The notes beneath the pieces were generated by a model. It did not search any database, was not told the DNA's origin, and saw only the letters and a list, made by a program, of their open reading frames with translations. Shown one piece after another: positions 57,246-64,000 of a DNA stretch of 64,000 nt (within the stretch, counting starts at the first letter, position 1; each line of letters starts with the position of its first letter). The position numbers and the translations under genes were made by a program. The DNA comes from Octopus sinensis (taxonomy: Eukaryota), in NCBI RefSeq assembly GCF_006345805.1, contig NC_043015.1, forward strand, positions 4,154,001 through 4,218,000. Direction: 5' to 3'.

Positions 57246-58020
57246 AGATTTTAATGTGTACTACCAGATTACTTGAATCCATATATTGTAACTTAAATAT
57301 ACATATATATTCTCGTAGGCACTTATATGCTCTTACGTGTGTATGCGGGTGTGTGTGTGTGTGTGCATATGTGCATGTGCATCGTAAGAAATATGCAAAC
57401 CTGTAAATTTATTATAAACGTTCATTGGAATGACGTAAAATCAACAAATCTGTAATTTTATACCTCACTTGTTATATTGCTATTGTAAATATTTTCTTAA
57501 CGTTTCTGATCACGGCAGTAATTAAATTTCATTCCTTAAAATGAAGTAGAAGTTTGCTATTTACGCATCCACTTTAAAATGTACGTTATCTAAGTTATAT
57601 ATACGATATATTCAGGCATATAACACACATTTTCTGTACCTAATGATGTCGTATTAGGAATGAGAGACTGCTCCTGCTAAGGCTGCAGTACGAATGATAG
57701 TTTAAATTTAGTTGACGAGAAAGATGGATGACAAAAGTCTACTTGATAAATTGATTGTTACTGATAGTAAGAACTTGACAATAAGTAATACTATGTCTTG
57801 TTGTAAACATCAGGAAATACGGTAGATATGTAAAGATCCTTTTGTATTTCACGACTGAACCTAACGTGTATATTTGTTAACGATTTTTTATTGGGATGAC
57901 TGAATGTTTGAAATTATAGAATTTAAACATTTTAGCTAATGCTTGTGTCAGTGGTTGTCAAACGATGTTCAAGAACAAAAACAAGCACGAAATCAAACTT
58001 AAGCATGTGCGTGCGTGTGT

Positions 58021-58652
58021 GTGCGTCCATGCTGCCAACAAAGCACGCGGAATTCTGTCCTTGATTCGACGGTCATTCGGAATGCTCATAGCAGCCATAA
58101 TCCTACCACTCTATGTCACACTGGTGAGACCCATATTGGAGTATGGGATTCAAGCCTCTTCTCCTTATCTCCTCAAAGACATGCAGCATCTCGAAAGAGT
58201 CCAGAAGCTGGCTACCCGCATGGTTCATGGTCTCAAAAATTTGTCCTACGAAGAAAGGCTGAGGACGCTCGACCTTTATTCTCTTGAAAAACGCCGCCGC
58301 CGTGGTGATCTCATTCTCGCCCACAACATCATAAGCGGAAAGTGTAACCTCTCGAAAGAGCTGTTCGTCACTCCTGCTCCAGAGCGTCGCCTGCGGGGTC
58401 ATTCCGAAAAGCTCTACCTGCGACGATTTCATCTCAATCGAAGGAGAGGAGCTTTCTCCGTCCGGGTTGCGGATCCGTGGAACAAGCTGCCAGACGAGAT
58501 GGTGAAGATGCCGACGACCGCTTTGTTCAAAGCCTCCCTGGACCTCAAGTGGCCTGAACTCTTTACATGAACACCACCCTGTACTTAACTCCATGTCCCC
58601 CTACATAGCCTTGCGATTTGCTTTTGAGCCAAATTAACTAACTAACTAACTA
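58021..58652 (+). mobile_element. 5'-truncated CR1-clade LINE: C-terminal ORF2 fragment, 3' UTR and (TAAC)n tail
   Basis: ORF track 57965-58570: AANKARGIL..IRRSF..LYVTLVRPILEYG...LERVQKLATRMVHGLKNLSYEERLRTLDLYSLEKRRRRGDLI...LRGHSEKL...FSVRVADPWNKLP is typical CR1 ORF2 end; frame is uninterrupted, so the insertion is probably young. Confidence 0.92.
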
Positions 58653-58721
<69 letters not shown>

Positions 58722-60714
58722 CATACATGCATTCTTTACAACAGAGTAGACTCCGTTATGTGAAGGAAGGAAAACGTGCGGTCGATTAATTGTACCAGAT
58801 AAGCAGGGAACCGATCAAGGTACGCTAGGAGATAGACAAAATACCATAATCATTCTGTGAAAATTTACAATGAGTCTGACAATTAACCGCTATATACTCG
58901 TATCTTGTTTCATGACATACAACATGATGGAATGACGTATATAGAGCGCTAGCAACTACGTCCGATATTACAGTGAATCATCCAATTTCTTGCTTTCAAT
59001 AACTGCGTTCTCACTTTGTAATATATCGTTTCTAGTTTTCTTAGCAAAGTTGGATGATAAAGGAGTACGTATTAAAAGCCCAGCTGTATAGTGGATTATA
59101 ACTAAACTAAATGGAAAACACTAATCTACAAATAAATATGTTTTGCATCTGACAGCGTCTCACTATCATATGTGCATGCTAATTGTCAAATTATACGCAC
59201 ACCATTGAATCCCATCAGGAGAAACAATTTTAAAATATCAATAAATATGTATAACTGTTGTCTGTAACTAACGAATCATTAGTCAATGTAGCCATATGCT
59301 ACATTAAGCATCTCAAGCAGAGTGAACCCAAACAAATATCATGAACATCAAATTGTAATATTTCAGTAATATACCCACAAACAAAACCCCTAATCGTTCT
59401 GTCATTTAACTGAACAAACATAAACGGTGATATTTGTTTATTATTTTCTCTCTAATGCAGCAATTTCTACAGGAAGAAGTAAATCGATAGACCAAAGCAC
59501 CTGAAAGTCCTAAAAACTTCACTCGATCTGATTTAGTTGATCTTGAAAGAATGAAAGACAAACAATAAACTGTTGTATTGCTGTAGAATGTCAACGCTTG
59601 GTAATTCTTATCATCATTACTGTACAACAAATACAGGAACAGAGACGGAAAAATAATTGCTTACATACATATATTTATACGGATCTATATTTCATTTTTG
59701 ACAAAATTGGGGATTTCGCAAAATACATTGAGTTACTTCGATGGAGATACCTATATTTATTACATCTTCATGAGTATACCGGATAAATCGACATCGAACC
59801 ATAATTTTAAGTCATCAAATTAAACGATACAAAAATACACAATGTTTTGTACTTAGAACGTAATAATTGATCGGATGAGAAATCATGATGTAGTTTTCCT
59901 AGATCTGCTGAACTATGGAAGCATTCTAGACAACACAAATATATTTTAATTTTAAATATAATGTATCTAAATTACTTGTACTAGTCATAACAACACATGA
60001 ATGTAGCGATACGAAAGCAGTATACGTTAAATAGTTGTTGATTTGCGGATTTCAATAGCAATTTCATTACAAACTCAGAAGTAGACATTTAATAAGTCAT
60101 TTAAATAAAAATAAAATCTCTATTCTCTAACAAATAAGTTGATGACATAATTACGTTTTGTATCCAAAAATACCAATGGAGGTTGCACGGCAAATCAGAT
60201 AAAAGTATTTTTCAATAAATGAAATACTGGAAATCTTACTTAAGTATCTTAACAAAATCCTAAGATGTTTCGCATTTGTTCTGGCGGTATATGGAACAAT
60301 GCCATTAATGATATAAATGCATTATAAAGAATACAAGAAAGACACCCTGGAAAGAGTCGTCAACTTTCTTTGAAATAATATGTGGCAAAGAAATCGACTT
60401 AGAATTACATTCTTCCTTAAGGAAGACATCAAACATATTTTCGATTTCAAGTGGTTTTATTCACGTTTCTCTTTCGGGTTTTGTGCGTAAATGTTCCAAA
60501 TATCTGCTAACGAAATGTTGAATAAAAGATTTTCATTTTTTTTATCTTCATTTTGTCACTAAAGAAATGTTGCTATTTGGATACAAGTGGGTGTCTTTTA
60601 TATATGCGTGAGCGAAAGACACACGCAGATTGAGACAAATAAAAAATAAGTGTGTACGTCTATCTGTCAGCGTTTACGCGTGTATGTGCATACATATATA
60701 CATATGTGTGTGCA

Positions 60715-60755
<41 letters not shown>

Positions 60756-61855
60756 AGGCGGAATTTAAATTGCATCATGTGTATGACACGCTTGACATTT
60801 TGATGTGCCTTTGGTGATATTCTTTAGTATTTAACTAGTAGTGTTCATAACTGATAATTTATTGTCACTGTACCTTTTTCTTGCTTGAATTTTAAGTATT
60901 TCATGATGATAAATGAATAAAGTCCATCTGCTTATATAATCACCACATTAATTTCCTTTCAATTTTATGCAGATAAATATATTCTCTATGCTTTAATATA
61001 TAGAATCAATTTTGGAGTAGTTACCGCTACATTTATATATCATATTAAAATAAATTTATACTATTCCTGTGAATAAGTTATGTTGAAATTATAATCAATT
61101 TCATTACGTCATACTGGGGCGTATATTGCACACCATTAAAACGTGAAATATCTCAGATTTGTGGTATAATAATAGAATGTATTCCTCTCAAATTATTCAA
61201 GCAAAAACATACATTACTGATTAAGGGAGAATACTATAAACATCATATATACGAATCTCTGGTTTCTTAAATTCTCCCTCTTGTAATCCTATGGATTATA
61301 ATGTGTGTGTTTGCGTGGATATTTAAGTAAGACACAACGCATTCCACCTGTAATACTAAGACCGCGCTTGTGTCACTGCACGTGACACTTAGGAATGAGG
61401 AATTTTGATTACATGTTTCATTATACTATTCTGGTGTACGTAGTTATGGTATCTAATCCTGTAATCAATATTTCTTCTCTTGTAGTTTTCTTACGTAAGT
61501 GTAGGGTGAATACTAAAGATTAAGCAGGAACACAGTGAAGAACGCATGCTCCTCTATTATATCTTCCCTCCTAATATTTATCTTCGTTGATGGTTTAATT
61601 GAACAGTATTAACGTCAGTCTAGTGTTATATCGGGCTGGAAGTGGCCAAGAATTTTGAAGTAGGGCCCAGCGTGATTTCCCATGTCCAAAAGAAGGAAAC
61701 AAACATTGAAGATTGTATATTGTATGAAAATTAAGACACAATTACAAGATGTCAAATTTAACAATTAAATATATTGGATCTTCAAATATATCTGAACAGA
61801 GACTCTCTCCTTCGAATGAAATGTTTACCACCAAGTGCATACCATATGTTTCGAC

Positions 61856-61960
<105 letters not shown>

Positions 61961-62007
61961 GCGTCTGTGTCTGTGTGATGTCCTTACCTATACTGGATAA
62001 ATACAGA

Positions 62008-62180
62008 GTGGCATTTCATCTGTCTTTACGTTTTGTGTTCAAATCCTGTCGACGTTGGTTTGGCTTTTCATCATTTCCGTGTCAATAATATATGTACCAG
62101 TTGAGTACTGGGATTGGTATAATCGCCTGGCACCCTTCCACTAAAATGCTGGCTGCGTGCATAAAATTAAAACCAATACC
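62008..62180 (+). mobile_element. degenerate SINE family A body
   Basis: ggcatttcatctgtctttacgttttgtgttcaaatcc...gtaccagttgagtactggg. Confidence 0.7.
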
Positions 62181-63159
62181 TATTCCCGATCATCAAGCTG
62201 AAATTAGGCCACATCAACTTTGCCATTTATTGCTTATAACCGACCTAGTTATGTATTGGATATATTTATGTATATATGGTCCCCTCTACAAGATTTTTGC
62301 CGTACTTCTTATGTATGGAATTGAATTTATACGTCTTAATTACCGATGCATATACAAAATATACGTTTGTCAGATAAAATTTTCTACGATATTTTTTCCT
62401 GTTTTTAAATTCAATTATGGCCAGCGAAAATTATTGTATTCATGAAACTAGGAAAAAATTCAATACCTGTCTACTGAGCACCAGTTCATTGTTCAGTCAA
62501 ATATTCAGGTCATTTTCACAACTAAATACTAAATACTTGGACGTGTGGCAGAAAACGATCATTAGAGATGGATGAACATTTCCAGAAATTGATTTGTCTT
62601 TGCGTTGTAAAGAAGACATGAGATTTATTGCACAAGCGATCTTAAAATTTTCAGTTTCTTCCGATGTTCAAATGTAATGTCTTCGTATATATCTCCGATC
62701 TGTTATATGTGATGAAGAATTAATTGTCCTGCATCTTAGCTACGGAAGTAATTTTATATGTTTTGGGGGTTTTTGTCTGAATTCTAGATGAAATACGTTT
62801 TGCCTTGATCAATGTCACTCCTTATTTTGATATAACTGCACATGGCATTTATGCACCGAAGCTTTTTAATTACATTTTTTCATTGTACTGTTCTGGCGTT
62901 TACTGTTATGTCGTCTAATCCAGCAATAAATATTTCTCGTTTTGTAGTTTCCTACAGTCAGTACGGCACGAAGACGAAATTAACGACGTGTACAGCCCAC
63001 TAACAGATAGCACCATGTGATAGTCACTGTACGTGTACATCTGCGCGACTGAGCTTGTGTGCGTGTGAATGAATATGTATGTACGTATGCGCATTTTATA
63101 TCGGGGTGGGGTGGTTTTTCACAATAATAATCGCGTGCGCTTGTTCTAGTTCACTTCAT

Positions 63160-63238
63160 TTTGTTATTGCTGTTGTTAGTATTGTTGTACTTGTTGCTAT
63201 TGTTCTTATCCTCCTCCTCCTCCTCCTCCTCCTCTTCC

Positions 63239-63276
<38 letters not shown>

Positions 63277-63411
63277 TTCTTCATCATCATCATCATCATC
63301 ATCATCTTCATCCTCATCATCATCATTATTATTATTGTTATTAATGTTGTTGTTATTATTTCCATTATGATTAATATTATTAATATTATCATTATCATTT
63401 TTCTTCTTCTT

Positions 63412-63485
<74 letters not shown>

Positions 63486-63490
63486 TCTTA
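63160..63490. repeat. compound trinucleotide microsatellite (GTT/CCT/CAT/CTT/ATT)
   Basis: Read directly. Confidence 0.95.
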
Positions 63491-64000
63491 TTATCATATG
63501 AAAGATCACAGCTTATTTTTGTGGGTATGATGGGATGTGTCAGCTCTCCATAGATTATACTTGTTTACTGATGAGTCTTCAAGAACCATGCTAAGAATGC
63601 TTGCAATTCCAAGTAATGCTGACTTTTGAAGAGTTCTCCCTTTACACTTGCACCGATCATTTTCAGGCATGTTACTAGTTGATTGCTGATACTTCCAAGT
63701 GCATCAATTACTAGTGGTATCTTGTTTTCTCTCTTCATTGACCACAAAATTTATATTTCCCACATATAGTTGTCATAGTTGTGTATGTTTTCTTCTTTGA
63801 AAATGATTCCGTTGTCACTAGGCTGTGTTCCTCTGCTTCGATACAGTCCTGGCAACTGATAAAACCTGTCCCACCTTTTCTTCTGGACAAGTACCGCCTA
63901 TCGGTGAAATACTCCGTGTACTGTTAACATTTTTCTTGTTTTGATGTTAATTTTCTTAATATCTCTCCTTTGCTATTTTATAATTCCCGATCCATATCGA
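63490..64000 (-). mobile_element. R4/Dong-like non-LTR retrotransposon 3' remnant with (TAA)n tail
   Basis: Minus translation DRRYLSRRKGGTGFISCQDCIEAEEHSL and IPLVIDALGSI...ELFKSQHYL resemble the RT thumb and REL-endonuclease C-terminus of R4-type elements; abuts an (ATT)n run. Confidence 0.7.

Noticed and set aside
62958-63021. Possible terminal exon SVRHEDEINDVYSPLTDSTM* after tttcctacag
   Set aside because: Too short to separate from chance; no supporting upstream exon.

Overview
Very AT-rich, microsatellite-dense eukaryotic DNA with no protein-coding gene I can confidently recognise. Almost all ORFs in the supplied track are microsatellite or repeat translations. The repeat content (tRNA-derived SINEs with internal (TA)n/(TG)n tracts, plus mariner, maT/DD37D, CR1, L1/Tx1, R4/Dong and Penelope remnants) most resembles an octopus/coleoid cephalopod genome; this is inferred from repeat recognition, not a search. 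The most notable signal is a set of type I hammerhead ribozyme (HHR) motifs found by manual folding. One is an apparently intact minimal HHR (11962-12006, minus strand) inside a 347-bp-period partial tandem element inserted in a (TA)n tract, which is the architecture of a non-LTR retrozyme or non-autonomous Penelope-like element that could produce a small circular RNA. Two unrelated, damaged HHRs with long stem II lie at 3845-3922 (+) and 16109-16194 (-), and a decayed Penelope RT/GIY-YIG element lies at about 29.7-32.0 kb. Other notable structures are a tandem array of SINE bodies, a foldback element with long inverted repeats, inverted SINE pairs, and a stop-depleted fossil reading frame with helicase-like motifs. 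All alignments, folds and translations were done by eye.
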